Shown here: piece by piece, positions 25,726 to 38,899 of the stretch
Layout of the letters: every line of letters begins with the position of its first letter
Position numbering within the stretch: the stretch's first letter is position 1
DNA from: Camelus ferus
Lineage: Eukaryota
Length of the DNA stretch: 64,000 bases
Reading direction: 5' to 3'
Assembly: GCF_009834535.1 (NCBI RefSeq)
Contig: NC_045697.1
Location: forward strand, 14,448,001-14,512,000
Position numbers and translations under genes: made by a program
The notes under the pieces: generated by a model
Seen by the model: the letters and a program-made list of their open reading frames with translations, nothing else
The model's database searches: none
What the model was told of the DNA's origin: nothing

Positions 25726-26404
25726 ATCATGGGTTTCTCCCAGCCAATGGGATACACTCCTACCCTTCTATTTGTATATATGCATTTAGGTGAAAAAAGG
25801 TTTGGTAAAGCTGAACGTCATCTAAAGGATCAGAAACAAGCACTTGTTTGAAGAATGTATGGAAAACATACAAAACGAAGACTCTTCCTGTCTAAATGAT
25901 GAAAAATTTAGAAGGCAAATCTAAGAAGTTATGATGTAAATGGAGCAGAGTTCAGAAGATGGATCAACTTGGTTTCCTCTTCCTCTAATTTCTCCCCGTC
26001 CATCTGTCCCTGCCCTCCCCGCTGCCCTCGTGTACACACACAGTTAGGCCTCTCATATTTTAGCAAAATAAAGCAATTTATTCCTCAAAGAGCTGCCATC
26101 TAATATCAGAAGTTCAGGCCATCACACCCTGAACTTCTCTTCTAAACTTCATCAAGACTTTCCACAGCTCTTCTTAATTTATGAGATCATTTTGCATCAT
26201 GCACTACTCGGGACTACTCCTTTCCTGAAGTGTCTCTCCTCTTCTGCTTTATTGACACCACATCCTCCTGGTTTTCCTCTCACAAAGGCTTTGGTCATTC
26301 TTTCCCATTATGCACTTCTCTTATTTCCATTGCCCTTAAATTTGAATATTCATGCTCCGTGGAGTTCTGTCATTGGTTTGCTTCTGTCTTTAATCCACAC
26401 TTGC

Positions 26405-26634
26405 CCATTTAACCGTTGAACAACACAAGTTTGAACTGGTGGGTCCCCGTAGAGGTGGATTCTTTTCAGTAGATAAGTACTACACAGTCTGTGGTGGGCA
26501 GAATCCATCTACATGAACCACCTGATGATATGGAGGAACCGAGGATACAGAGCACCAACCATATATTGTACATGGAATTTTTTACTGCTTGGAAGGTTGG
26601 GGACCCCAACCCCCATTGTTCAAGGGCCGACCGT
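26405..26634. mobile_element. TcMar-Tigger non-autonomous element (MER8/Tigger2-like)
   Basis: TIR-like ends accgttgaacaacacaagtttgaactg ... ttgttcaagggccgaccg. Confidence 0.8.
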
Positions 26635-26807
26635 GTAGGCATTGCTGATGTTACAGTGGATTTAAAAAAAAAAAGATAAAAATCTCTACCATCATGGTGC
26701 TTAAATTGTAATGAGGAGGAATGGACAATATCCACATTAAGAAAATATAAATAGATTATCAGATGGCCCCAAGTGCTACAGAGAAAATTAAAGCTGGCAA
26801 GAGGGCC

Positions 26808-27247
26808 TTATTACTTTTCTAGGGTTACTGTAACAAATTACTTCAAACTCAGTGGCTTAAAACAACAGAAATTAATTCCATCATGGTTCTGGAGGCCACA
26901 AGTCTAAAATCAAGGTGTCTGTAAGGCTCTATTCCCTTCAAAAGCTCTAGGAGAGGATCATTTTTTGCCTCTTTTAGAGTGTCTGGGCATTCACTGGTTT
27001 GTGGTACCATAACTCCAATCTCTGTCTTTGTACTCACATGACTTTTCCCTGCGTTCTGTCTCTTCCATCTCTCTGCATCTCCCTCTCCTTATAAAGATAC
27101 CAGTGGTTGGATTTAGGGCCCATCCATACCCAACATAATTTCATCTTAACTTGATTACTTGTCAAAGATCCTATTTCCAAATAAGGTCACTCTCACAGGT
27201 TCCAGGTAAACACCGATTCTGGGGAGACACTATTCCAACCACCACCA
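26808..27247 (-). mobile_element. MaLR solo LTR (MLT1C-like)
   Basis: tgtaacaaattac...gtggcttaaaacaacagaaatt...ttctggaggcc..aagtctaaaatcaagg...ctatttccaaataaggtcac. Confidence 0.9.
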
Positions 27248-27319
27248 AGTCTAAGGAATATTGATTGCAGAGATAGATGAAGAAGATGAGGAAGTCATTG
27301 AGTTACATGGAGAGCTCAC

Positions 27320-27720
27320 AGGACCTCAAGTGCAACATGTCCAACATGGAAGTCATAATAATTATCTCTTAAAACCAGCTTCTGAAGTCTTGCAAATGCC
27401 CTGTTCCTCAGCTGGAAAACTAGAAACCATCCTAGACTCTTAAGTCCCACTCAGCCTACCTCCATGTCCTAACAGTCTCTAACTCCTGTTCATCTTACCT
27501 CCTAAAAATCTACTAAGGTATCTCTAGCCCTACTCTTCTGCCTTTATTTAGGCCATTTTTATTTCTGTTCAAGTTCCCCATTCACATTGTCTACACTGCC
27601 TTTGGGGGAATTTCGACAAGAACAACCTTATCATGTCACGTGTGTGCATGACATTCTTCAACAGCTCTCCAATATTTGAGATAAACTATGCTGTCTCCTA
27701 TGAGTACATAGAAATTCCAT
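27320..27720 (+). mobile_element. L2 fragment
   Basis: cctcaagtgcaacatgtccaa...gctggaaaactagaaaccatcctagactc...tacctcctaaaaatct. Confidence 0.6.
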
Positions 27721-28719
27721 ACAATTTTTCTTAGCAGACACTCCTAAAGAAGCTCCCAAGACTCAGAAACCCTTTCTGTGGTTCCCAAAGACCTCTGTAT
27801 CAACCAATATTCCCAGGTCTTCCTGTAGACCAGTCATCCTCAACCAGTAGCTCCTTGCTAATCAGCCATGGCTATCACCATCATCACGCCTGCCACTTAA
27901 TGAGCAGCGACAATGTATCTGACCTTGTCTGTGGTCGTACATGCCTACTGTATGTAGAAGTTTTAATTTACATAAGAACATCAATGAGGTAGGTGTTAGG
28001 ATTCCCATAATATAAACTAGAAAGCTGGAACACAAGAGCTTTTCTTGCCTGCAGATCCTAGATCATACCCAAGATACAGTTTTGTTAGGTATAAACTAGA
28101 ACTGATACTTTTCACCTCATAGAAGTGTTGATCTAAGAATGAACTTCATTTAAAGAGATATTTAGTACAGACACTGGCACCTAGCAAGACTTCAAGCAAT
28201 GACAACGGTGACAAAGTTCATCACGCCATATAATCTTCTGACAGAAGAAAAGAAGGTGCTCAAGGGAAAGGTTCTGCCCGAGATAAAGTCAGCCCTGAGC
28301 CCTTAACAGCACTGAAGAGCTACTCTTTCCATCCAGACAGATACCTACCCCTTAGACTCAGGTAGGATTACCTAACACAACCACAGGATAGGAATAGGTT
28401 TAGAGAAGACTGTTACAATCACTCATTCAGTTAACATTCTTTCAGTATCTTTTATGTGCCAGCTTCTGAGATTACATAGATTTATTTTAAAAAAAACACC
28501 CTGTCCTAAAGATTTCATCACTCAAAAAAGACACTGACATATGTATATATCAATATATACAAATCAATACTAATTTTCATTCCTCAACAATGATTTATTG
28601 AACACTTACTCTATACTCTGTGCTCTAATAGGTATGAAAAATATCCCAATGTTCCAGTCTACAAGGCAGAGGTTTAAAATGTTAGTACTATCGATGCCCA
28701 CGTTCTCTACTGTCTTCAC

Positions 28720-28933
28720 TCTGGCCAGTGTTTGTTGTGTTTGTCACCACTAAATAACCAGTCACCAATGATCCTTTTTAAGTTTCATCAGGTTTTGCCA
28801 CTGTTGTGTGATGGCTAGAGTTCTCAATCACTGAGGCCCCAGAATGACTAGGCTTTAAGTGAAGATATTTAAGAGCAGACTTTTCCGACTGTCTCTCTCC
28901 TCCCTACTGTCCTTGGTCACTGCACACAGTACT
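28720..28933. repeat. Local duplication, copy 1 (214 bp)
   Basis: Ungapped match to 30335-30548 with 10 mismatches by manual alignment. Confidence 0.97.
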
Positions 28934-30334
28934 CAGACTACATAAAACACCGCCCACATCCCACCTATATCCACTCATCTCTTTATTCTCCTATATTATT
29001 TGCATATTCTCTATCATGAACTAGTTCATAAGCAATGGGAGAAAAAAGTGTGTCTCATTTATTTTTCAATCTCTCATCACTTCCTACCCAGTGCAAAGCA
29101 AAATAGTTAAAATTTAGCCCAAGGCTGGTACCTGAAAAATGGCTAGTAATAAAACCACAGTTATTAAAACAGAGTGCAGATCACAAACATGAATAATAGT
29201 TACCCCTCCGAGCATTCCCGGTGGGTACTCTGGGGCTCTGGCACTGTCCAGGGCCCAGACTCGGGCAGGCAGGTCAGTGGACTAATCTGTTGGCTGAAGG
29301 AAAAAGATGCTCTTTTCTCAGTGTCTGTTCTGCCCTCCTCCAGAGCTCTGCTGCCACGAGGCAGCAGGGGTAAAAGTCTCCTTGAGGGTAAGGGCTGGCT
29401 TGGTGCTGAAACACTCAACACCCACCCCGAGTGTGGGGCCACTTGCACGACGTGTAGGGAGCTTCTTCACTCACAAGCACATGCTGAGGGCACTAGCAAA
29501 AGGTGACACCAAAGGGTTTTTTTTTTTTAAAGAATCTGATATTTCAAATTGGGGCAAAAAAGCACTTATGAAATCACCCTAGGAAAATCAGAATTCAGTT
29601 TGATTTCCTTGCCTTTGTTTTATCATTTAGAATTGGTTTTCAATACATAAAAGAGAATTACCAAAGCCTTTTCCATTTTTAAGACATCAGAAAGCTTTCA
29701 CATGGTCTTGATGGAATAAAAGTTAGGACCTTTCTTGGACAAGGCCACTGCCATTCACATAATGAGACTCTTTCCTGTTTACAGACCACACTTCCGTCTG
29801 TCCAGGGTATTTCATAAGCAAATACTTAGGCCACAATTATTTATACAAATTAATAAAGTCAAGCCATAGGTTTAATCTTTCTTCAGCTCACAATCTTAAC
29901 CATAATTTTTTTTAAAGATAAATAATTCTGTTTTTTTTTCCCCAAAGATACCACACAAAGATTTTCAAAAAGCTAGAACAGGTAACTATATCCTGTTTAG
30001 TGGTTTTCAATTTTAAATCACAACAAAAGAAACCGCTAACCAAGGATGGACAGACTTTCTCATAAACACACATCTTTAAGTTCTGAAGAGACAGAGCTCA
30101 TGCAAATATCATCTTGAATATTAAATGGAGCTTTTGATGTAATTACACTGAGTCTTCCCTAGGTTCTTCTCATACAAAGGATTTTATTATTTTTCAATAT
30201 AAATTCACTGCTCAATGAAAGGTGGACACTGAATCAGGAGAAGCAACATAAGTTGTAGCCCATGAAAGCTCGTATGTTTACCTTTAGCATTGATGGGCTC
30301 AGAGATTAACCATACACCATGAAGCCAAATCCAG

Positions 30335-30548
30335 TCTGGCCAGTGTTTGTTGTGTTTGTCACCACTAAATATCCAGTCACCAATGATCCTTTTTAAGTTT
30401 TATCAGACTTTGCCACTGTTATGTGATGGCTACAGTTCTCAATCACTGAGGCCCCAGAATGACCAGGCTTTAAGTGAAGATATTTAAGAGCAGACTTTTC
30501 TGACTGTCTCTCTCCTCCCTACTGTCCTTGGTCTCTGCACACAGAACT
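30335..30548. repeat. Local duplication, copy 2 (214 bp)
   Basis: Direct repeat of 28720-28933, offset 1615 bp. Confidence 0.97.
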
Positions 30549-30559
30549 AGCCCCTCCCT

Positions 30560-30728
30560 TCTTCTGTATATCACAGGGAACTATATTCGATATCTTTTCA
30601 TAACTTTTAATGAGAAAGAATATGAAAATGAGTATATGTATATGCATGAATATATGCATGACTGGAACACTATGCTGTACACCAGAAACTGACACACTGT
30701 AACTGACTATACTTCAACTGAAAAAAAA
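30560..30728 (+). mobile_element. Extreme 3' terminus of a lineage-specific LINE-1 with a short A tail
   Basis: ctgtatatcacagggaactatattc...aaagaatatgaaaatg...tgctgtacaccagaaactgacacactgtaactgactatacttcaa + A run. Confidence 0.88.
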
Positions 30729-30949
30729 GATTTCTGGGACATACATCTCATTATAGGAAAAAAATAAAACAAAGATAAGATTCCCCTTCCATATTCTCCA
30801 GATTCTCTCTATTGCCTTTCTTTACTGACAGATGGCACCCATGCCTCAATGACTCCTATCCTCAGAGCTGAACTTTCACCTCTTTCTCCCCATCTTCGTT
30901 TGGAAATTTGTTGGAATATTATTTTATGCTTACGTCTCCGATTTCTCAT

Positions 30950-31925
30950 TGCTCATTTTCTGTTTGATCAACTAGAAATGATTTCACCCCTACCCCTTTA
31001 GCAAAACTGTTTGACAACCTCATCTACTATCCTCCTATATTCAAATTCAGTGAATCATTTTAAGATCACTTACTAAACTTTTCTGTTGCATTTGACACTG
31101 TGGACATTCTGGAATCTTTAAAGTTTCCTGATATCTCACTCTAAATCTCTCGCCATTCCTTCTTACCCGTCCTCATCCTTAAATATTGCCTTACTGCATT
31201 ACATCATCTTTGACCTCACTCTACACATTTCTAAGAGTGATTGCTTTCAACTTTTATGTCCTCCTTTGCCATCGCCATGCTGAGACCTGTTCATCTAACA
31301 GCCTGCAAGGCAGATCCTCCTAGATTTCCATGTTTCCTTCAGTGCCAGATGTCAAAATGTGAACCTCTGATCTTCTCCACTAAACAGCATACACATCTTT
31401 TCTTCTTATCTGGATTGAATGTACTACCGTCTCATCCAATCACCCATCATGCAAATCTGGAGTGCGAAAATGCAAAAATGATTATGTCATTTCAGTTCTA
31501 GACTTACTTCCTATAACTGCATGACTTAACACTTGATGCAGATCCCCGTATTCACCAACTATTTCACAATGATGTGTCTCTGGTTGTACAATGTTCTCTA
31601 CCTGAAATGCCATTCTATCTCTACTTTCAGTCAAACATTTTTCATGTGTCCATTAAAATACAGCTCAGTTATCATTTCCTCTAAGAAGCCTCCTTGTCTG
31701 TTCAGGTTCAATTAGATGCCATCTCTCAGCTGTTCTACAATGACTAATTGATTAGTACAGCAGTCATTTAACTTTTTTGTAATTATCTATTCTTATAACT
31801 GTCTCCCCAAAAGTCTGTGAGGTCTCTGAGGGAAGTATCTGTATCTCATTCATCTGGGATGCTCCCAGCATCCTACAAGGTGCCAGACAAAAGCCCGACA
31901 TTAAAAAAAAAAATTAAATTGACGA
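30950..31925 (+). mobile_element. L2 LINE, long decayed 3' portion
   Basis: gcatttgacactgtggac...cagctcagttatcatttcctctaagaagcct...ctgtgaggtctctgaggga...cccagcatcctacaaggtgccagaca. Confidence 0.75.
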
Positions 31926-32344
31926 TTCAGGAGATGACTTCACCTTTTATTTTTCCCATGAAAAACGGGATAAGATGTGGTTTTCACGTTCAGAGGTTGC
32001 TGAAATAATTGGGGTAAGTACTTCCTTCAGATCTTTATTCTGAAGCATCTAGGCTACAAAACTTACAAAATAAATTTCTTATGTAGTCATTTCCTGTAAA
32101 AGATGTTCAGATTGTTGCTCATTTCTCAGGAAAGTCAAATTTCTTAGAAAATAACTTTAGACTTTCACCTAATCGAGACTTCCTTTTAACCAAGTATCTT
32201 ATCCGGGCCATGCAGGGATTCCTCTTATCATTACTTCTTTCCTCCTCCTTTGACCTAGCTTTGTCCTTGTCCTGCTTCCACCAAACACTGAACATGAGGA
32301 GGAAATATGGGTATGGACTGAATCCCTGTTGTACGAAGGCAGGA

Positions 32345-32560
32345 CAAGATTCTGGAAAGAACACGGGCTTAGAGATGGGCACACTGGATTCTAATATCAA
32401 GCATTCAGTGACTTGGTAATATTGAGCAAGTTTCTCAACCATTTGGTTTTCATTTCATCTCCTTTGAAAAGAGGAGTAACAATGCTACTCTACTGAAATT
32501 TTGTGAGATTACATGAGCTAATGCCTTTAAAATACCCCAAACAATAATTTGACCAGATAC
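32345..32560 (+). mobile_element. MIR SINE
   Basis: ctggattctaat...ttgagcaagtttctcaacc...ttgtgagattacatgagctaatg. Confidence 0.65.
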
Positions 32561-33389
32561 AAAAGCCTAAGAGAACGAAATAAATGTTTGACTATTCTAA
32601 CTCTTTGCATGCTCTCTAATTCATAGTAACACACATAATGAAAATAAGGCTTCTGAAAAGTAAGCTTCTCAGTAAAATAAAAGCAAGGGTGGTAAGATTT
32701 TTTCCCCTATGTGGATAATGAACTTATTTCTGCTTTGCTTTGCTGGTTGCCAAAGCTTTGTCCTTGACTATATGAAAATAGAAATTGGATGAATTTTTCT
32801 TAACTGGCAAAAAAAAAAAACCAAACCTACCTTAGAGCAAAAGTTATAAAAGAGAGATATTCTTAATAGAAAGCTTAGCACAGATAGAAAGTTGCAAATG
32901 GAATATTTTGTTGTCAAAGGGATGGAGAAAGAAGGACAAAAGGAGAAGAACTTTTAAAGATAGAAATTCTCTGGTTATGAAGATTGATTATTTAAGCAAG
33001 GTTAGTTTTTTGAGGCTTATTGGCCTGTTATGTTTAAAATGGCAAACAACAAAATGTTACTGCTAATTAGACATCCAATGAAATGTCACATGGAAAGGTT
33101 AACTATTTTAAAGAATGTTATGTATTCTTGTATTTAAAATGTCACGGTTATTAGTTTCGAAACAGAGCTCACTGATAAAACAGGAACAAATATATGATCT
33201 AGAGAGGGAGGCAGAAGTATTTTATTATCTGTCCAGCATATAAAAATATGAGAAAAAAATATTGTATCATATTGAGCTTATATCTTTCATTTGAAACATT
33301 CACCTTTGACCATTTCTATAGTGACTTGGGCCCAGAATTATTTTGGTTTATGCAGCTCTGACCCCAGGTAGATTTGCAAAGAACAACAA

Positions 33390-33720
33390 AATGTACATGT
33401 GGAAGGCCTATTATGTGCCAAGGAGGAATCCAGACACTGAGGAAGGAGAATGAACAAAACAGGGAAGGTTCCTGGCCCCAGGGAGGTTACATTTTAGTGG
33501 GGGCAGAGTGGCTTACAGTAGGGACATCATCATCTAATGTGATGTCCTAGAGTAACAGATGCTATGAAGAAAGAAAGTAGGGCTGGACGTTGCTATTTCC
33601 CTGTCTACCCACTGGAGTCATAATGGGCGGTTAAAATTTCTTTGAAGAGGTGGTATTTAAGAAGAAACCTCAATGAACAGAGGGAGCAAACACGTGGCTG
33701 TCTCAGGCAAGAGCCTGGCA
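33390..33720 (-). mobile_element. L2 3' fragment
   Basis: gcctattatgtgccaagg...tgaacaaaacaggg..ggttcctggccccagggaggttacattttagtgggg. Confidence 0.75.
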
Positions 33721-34654
33721 TGCGCAGGTGAGAAACAGGGTTGTGGCTGCCTGTCTTGCTTCCCCTCACTGCAATCTTCAGCCACTGCTGCTGCGGGGGG
33801 GTTTGTGGAGAGAGGATTAAGAGCAACGTTCTGGGCACTGGGCAAACCAGAGAAATGCCGTGACATTTCCCCATGAGAACCAACCTGTAAGCCAGGCTGA
33901 ACTACCTCCATCCCCCAGATGAAGCAACTGGGCTTCATGAAACTGAAGGAACGCGTGTGTTCTCTCAGCTGGGAAAATCTTAATCTTCCAGTCCCCAACT
34001 CAAAGCCTAAGCAATGTTGCATCCCTGAGGATCCCTGAAGCTAATGCAGTGGCAGACGGCACTCTCTCCTTCGGTCCCCACCACAGAGCTGTGAGGCAGG
34101 GCTGTGATCCGCAGTGCTCAACCAGGAAACTGCGGCTGGGGAGGCTTAAGTAACTTGTTCAAAGGGACGATGGGTCCATAATAAAAGCCAATCCCTGCTA
34201 TTTCATTCTCTTCAAGGAGTTTATATATTTTGCCTCAGATTGTTGCTTTCAACCATAAATCAGAGTCACTATGCTTGATGAAGAAAATGCATTTATGAAA
34301 ATAGTAAAATCCCAAAGCACAGACGTAGAATATATAACTACAGGCATTGCATTATTTTTTTATTCACCTTATAATGTTTTGCTCAATCATTTTAGGCTGA
34401 CATTTATTATTACATTTCCTTTTTAATAGAACCAACCGAATAAATTTGCTGAGAAATTCAGTGGCGTTATACTGGTCTCTGTTCTTCAGAAGACAAGAGG
34501 CTGCCAAGACATTGGTTTGTGGGAACCTCAGCTACAAATGCTCTTAGAAAGCCGGGGTGTGCTTGCCAACCAGTGCTCACCCTCCAGTGCCTTAGTCTCT
34601 TCTTATGGATATTGAGCATCTATTAATAGTCTAAGCTACCATTTGCGGCCGAGG

Positions 34655-34975
34655 CAACATGTTAGTGATTAAGAGATGAGGTTCCAATCCCGGCTCTGCG
34701 ATTCACTACAGCTTATTTGCAGCCTCCTGCAGCTACCTTTGTTAAAGGCTCATTATGTTGCTGAATGCTCCTCGTGGGCCAAGGACTATTCCATGCACTT
34801 TACATTAATCCCCTTAGCGGTCCCAAGATGGATGATTAATCCCATTCTACGGAGGAGAACACAGAGTGAGCTCAGAGAGGAAAAATAAATTGAGAATAGC
34901 CATACAATTAATAAGCTTCAAAGCTCGCATTTGAACCCTGGGTCTCTGATTAACTGCCCATGTTTCACTCACTAC
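34655..34975. mobile_element. MIR fragments
   Basis: ggttccaatcccggctctgc (+); cccattctacggaggagaacacagag...atttgaaccctgggtctctga (-). Confidence 0.65.
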
Positions 34976-36339
34976 GTGACACTGTGGGACTAAAGAGAGG
35001 TGGTAACGTGGCTGTGTGGGAAACAGCATAGCATAGCTCTGTCGGAAGGGCCAGGCAGGCAGATGCTGTCCAAGCTCAACAAGGCATTGTTTCCTCAGTC
35101 CTGTCGAATTACCGGTGATTTTGATTAGTAGCCCAGTCTAGAATCACATGTGTGAGGACATATTCTGAGGAGTGTTAGGCAGACTCTAGACAGAGAGAAG
35201 GATGGGAACCCTGATTCTGATGGCTGGAATGAGGACTGAATTAGTAAGTGAGTCAAGGTAATCACAGGATGCCTTAGCTGGTTGCATCACCTGAGACTAA
35301 GCTTCCTCCCTGTTCTATAAAATGGGAATAATCATACCTAACTCGCGGGGTGGTTGTGACCAAATGTGTGAAAATATGTACCCTCTCAGCTCCCTTCCTG
35401 TGTGCACAGACTCCCTGCAGCCCCCAGCCCTACCCTCCTTCTAACACTCTCCAGCACTGTCTCAGCATTCCAGGGGACATGACTTCCACCAGGCCATGGT
35501 GTCATGGAGGACGACAGACACACCTTGAACGTGATGGCCGCTGCATTTCCACAGACAGAGAAGTTATCTGCTCCTCAGAAGCAACCACGTCCATATCACT
35601 CACTGTGACTAGTGGGCCTGAGAGGGGATTACAGCCCCCTCAATGACTGAGGAGCTGGTCCTAACAAGGCATCATGGAACCTCTACTTTAGCTTCACTAG
35701 ACAATGAAAAACCTCACTGACTTATCTTCTTTTTATCAGCCCAGATATCTTCTTTTCCAATGCAAATCCACAAAGGCCAGTTTCCTTAACAATGCCCCAT
35801 CCTCATCCTGGCAGAGACCAAAAAGGCTGCAGGTTAGCCTGGGGGATGCTTCCCCCAGCCTTTGTGTGGCTCCAGGAGAACCAGGAGCCTGTCTAAGCCT
35901 CAGCTTACTCATCTATTGCCAGACAACCCTTCCCCTGACTTCCTCCCGAGATAAACCAAGATAAAGATAAGCCAGGAAGGTGTGGGGACAATATCTCGTC
36001 ATTTATCATATGTAAAAACAACTCCTACTTCTGAAGAACTCAAAATTCTGTGTTCAAAGGCTTTGTTTGCTAGATACCACCTTCCTTGCTAAACTTAAAT
36101 TATATATTGCCTCTCTCAGATACAGTTAGATCCCCATGAACCAGCTCAACCAAGCTAAACGACTTCTCCAAAGATCACAGCTCAAACAGGGATGCACTGC
36201 AGAGAATCTCGGTCTCAGACCCTGTTCAGTAGAGCATGCTTCTCCAGTTTTACCACATGCCTGTACATCTCAGGGCATCTCCATCCACCAAAAGCCCATT
36301 TAGCTCTAATGCCTCTTTCTTTGAGGCGTAGTCTATGAA

Positions 36340-36760
36340 ACAGCTCAGGCATCACTTGGGAGGTGTTGATAATTGTTAAAAATGCAGAGAGGCAAGCCCT
36401 ATGCGGACCTGCTGATTCAGGGCAGCAATTCAACAAGAACCCCAGGCCTTGACACATTGGCACAACGAAGATTGAAAGTCCAGCTTTGGAGATCATTCAA
36501 CTCCCTCATTTTCCAGGGAGGGAACCTGAGCTTCAATCGAGTGACTTTCAAGATCACCCCACAGCAGAATCCAGTTTAGATTCCAGAATTCCAGCTCAGC
36601 AGTGTAACCTCTGCCAGTATCATGAACCTCTCTGGGCCTGTTTCCACATCAGTCAAGTGAGGATACTCACAGCTGCCTGCCTCCTTCTTGGTATAAAAAG
36701 TGGTGATGCCTGAGAAAGCACCTGATTCATGTCGAAGCCTTATGCAAACTAATGTGCACG
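36340..36760. mobile_element. MER5-like fragment followed by MIR fragments
   Basis: atcacttgggag...gttaaaaatgcaga...gacctgctgattcag; tcattttccagggagggaacctgag; aacctctctgggcctgtttccacatc. Confidence 0.5.
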
Positions 36761-36791
36761 CCATTATAGCAAACCAAACTCACCCAGAGAT

Positions 36792-36820
36792 TGTGTGTGT
36801 GTGTGTGTGTGGGTGTGTGC
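36792..36820. repeat. (TG)n microsatellite
   Basis: Directly visible. Confidence 0.95.
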
Positions 36821-37229
36821 GTAAGTTTCAGGTGCAGAACTGGGCCATATATGACAAATTCTGCCCTACTTAATTCAGAATGTAACCTAATTCTCAGACT
36901 AGTTGCCAAAAAAAGAACTATTTCTCCTCTAAATCTCCAAAGGGCTCTTAAAATGGTTGGGCCCTCAGGGACTCACCGATGTGTTTCCACCACCACAGAG
37001 TCAAAGCAGCCTGAGATCACGGGGCTTTATGTCAAATGGTGTTAGATTTGGGGGCATGAGCTCAGGTAGACAGGCTACAGGGGACAGGTGGGCAGCCTTT
37101 CATTTTTTTAATTCCTAAGAGCCACTCAATCAAGTGTGATTTAGTGGGGAGAGAGAAAGAGACAGGAAAAGAAAAAGACTGGGGAAGAGGAAGAAGACAA
37201 AAGGAGGGAGGAAGGTTCTGTTGACAGTA

Positions 37230-37690
37230 TCCATTTATTCACTAAATGAGTATTTACTGAGCTATCTTATTGTTCAGGGAACAGCCATGATCAAAGCCGG
37301 CAAGGATCCCGCCCTGAGATGGTCCAGTGGTGATGGTGGAGAGGGAGGCACGAGAAAAAGCAAACAAATGACCTGGACAACTCGGAGTCATAAAAAGTGC
37401 TTTGAGGGACATATGGATGGGTGGTGGGGTTCTACTTATGACTGGATGGTCAAGGTGGCCTGTCTGAGATGAAAATTCAACCTTAAGGACAAGAAGCCGT
37501 GTGCAGACAAGGGGAAAGGGCTTCCCAGGCAATGCCAGTGCTCCAAGGAACAGAGAAAGTGTGGTGAGCGAGCAAAGGAGGTAGAAGATGAGGTCAAAAA
37601 GGTTGATCTAAGTTAGTTCACACGGCACCTCCTGGGTCATGATCAGAGTGTGGACACCAGTCTGAGTGCAGTAGGATGTTACTGCCAGTG
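37230..37690 (-). mobile_element. L2 3' portion
   Basis: catttattcactaaatgagtatttactgagc...ggatggtcaaggtggcctgtctgag...agatgaggtca. Confidence 0.75.
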
Positions 37691-38899
37691 CAACTAGTGA
37701 TACACCTGAGAGCGGAAATTACAGTCTCAGAATCCCAGCACAGCAGCACAGGTTAACAGACTCAAAGCAGGGGAATAATAGCACCTTTCTTCACTTTTAT
37801 CCCCTACCTTTCATCCCTTCTTCCTCTCAGATGTTTATTAAACACGTGTTCACGGCAGTTACTGTGTCTCTGAGCACCAGCATTTGGCTAACTTTCTTAT
37901 TAAGTTCATCTCTGTGAATTAGCACCAGATACCTAACCCAGAGCAATCAGTTGTCCCCCATTGCCAAGAGCAACTTTGGTTTGTTGTACTACAGAACCTG
38001 TACACGTAAAACTAGGATTTTTATCCAGCTGTACTGAATAAGAATCTTTAGGGGTGGGCCTGCCCATGGGTGACAAGAGATGCTGAGAACCATGCAAGCC
38101 TCTTCTCTGGTCCTTTCTCTGGGGTACCAACATCTCATCTCTGCTTCCTCAGCTACCCTTAGTCTTCTCTGACGTCAAGTCTCCATCAGCATCTCTAACT
38201 CAAACTACTCTGAGTGCTATTTCTGGATCTGAAGTCCTCACTGGTTGCCCTGTTCAGCTAAAGGATCCTGTCTTGAGGACTTGAGTTGATCCTTTATCAT
38301 TTCATCCTCCCAGAATCTCGTCTCCTGCTCTATATGCAACAGAAACTTAAGAAATGGTTACTGCTGATGATAAAAATAACTTCAATACAGTGAAGCATCG
38401 AGAGGCAAGGGTGTCTCAACTTTATTTTAGGATGGGAAGAAAAAAAATCACAACAGTAACAATGAAGCAATGACACTGATAAGGGTTCATTTGTACTGGA
38501 CACTTATTTTCTGCCAGATACTGGGCCAACGGCATGCACCATCTCATAATCTAATTTGTTCCCCATCTAATCTCTACCAGCAAGACCTTGAATTGATTCT
38601 GAAAAGGCCCAGGCTGGTGGGAAAGGCTCTCAGAAACTTGGATCACAGTTGCAGTTGAAGCACTGATTTACTAGAGTGGTCCTTTTCAAGCTCTCTGTGC
38701 CTCAGTTGACACATTTGGAAAAACAGGATGATAAATCCTTGACTCTTCTCTTTTCCCAGGTTGGTGTGAGGATCAAATGAGGTGACACAGCAAGTGCTGC
38801 GCAAACACACTAAAGAAATCTAGACATAAAAATGAAGGAGAAGAAAAATAGTTCCTGTTTCTGGGGCAACACCAGAATTCCAAAAGCAACCGATGGTTC

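Noticed and set aside
28720..28933. Duplicated unit as a hammerhead ribozyme or C/D snoRNA (minus-strand ctgatgaaac)
   Set aside because: There is no stem II between CUGAUGA and GAAA, the motif is mutated in copy 2, and I see no terminal stem with a proper box C/D pair.
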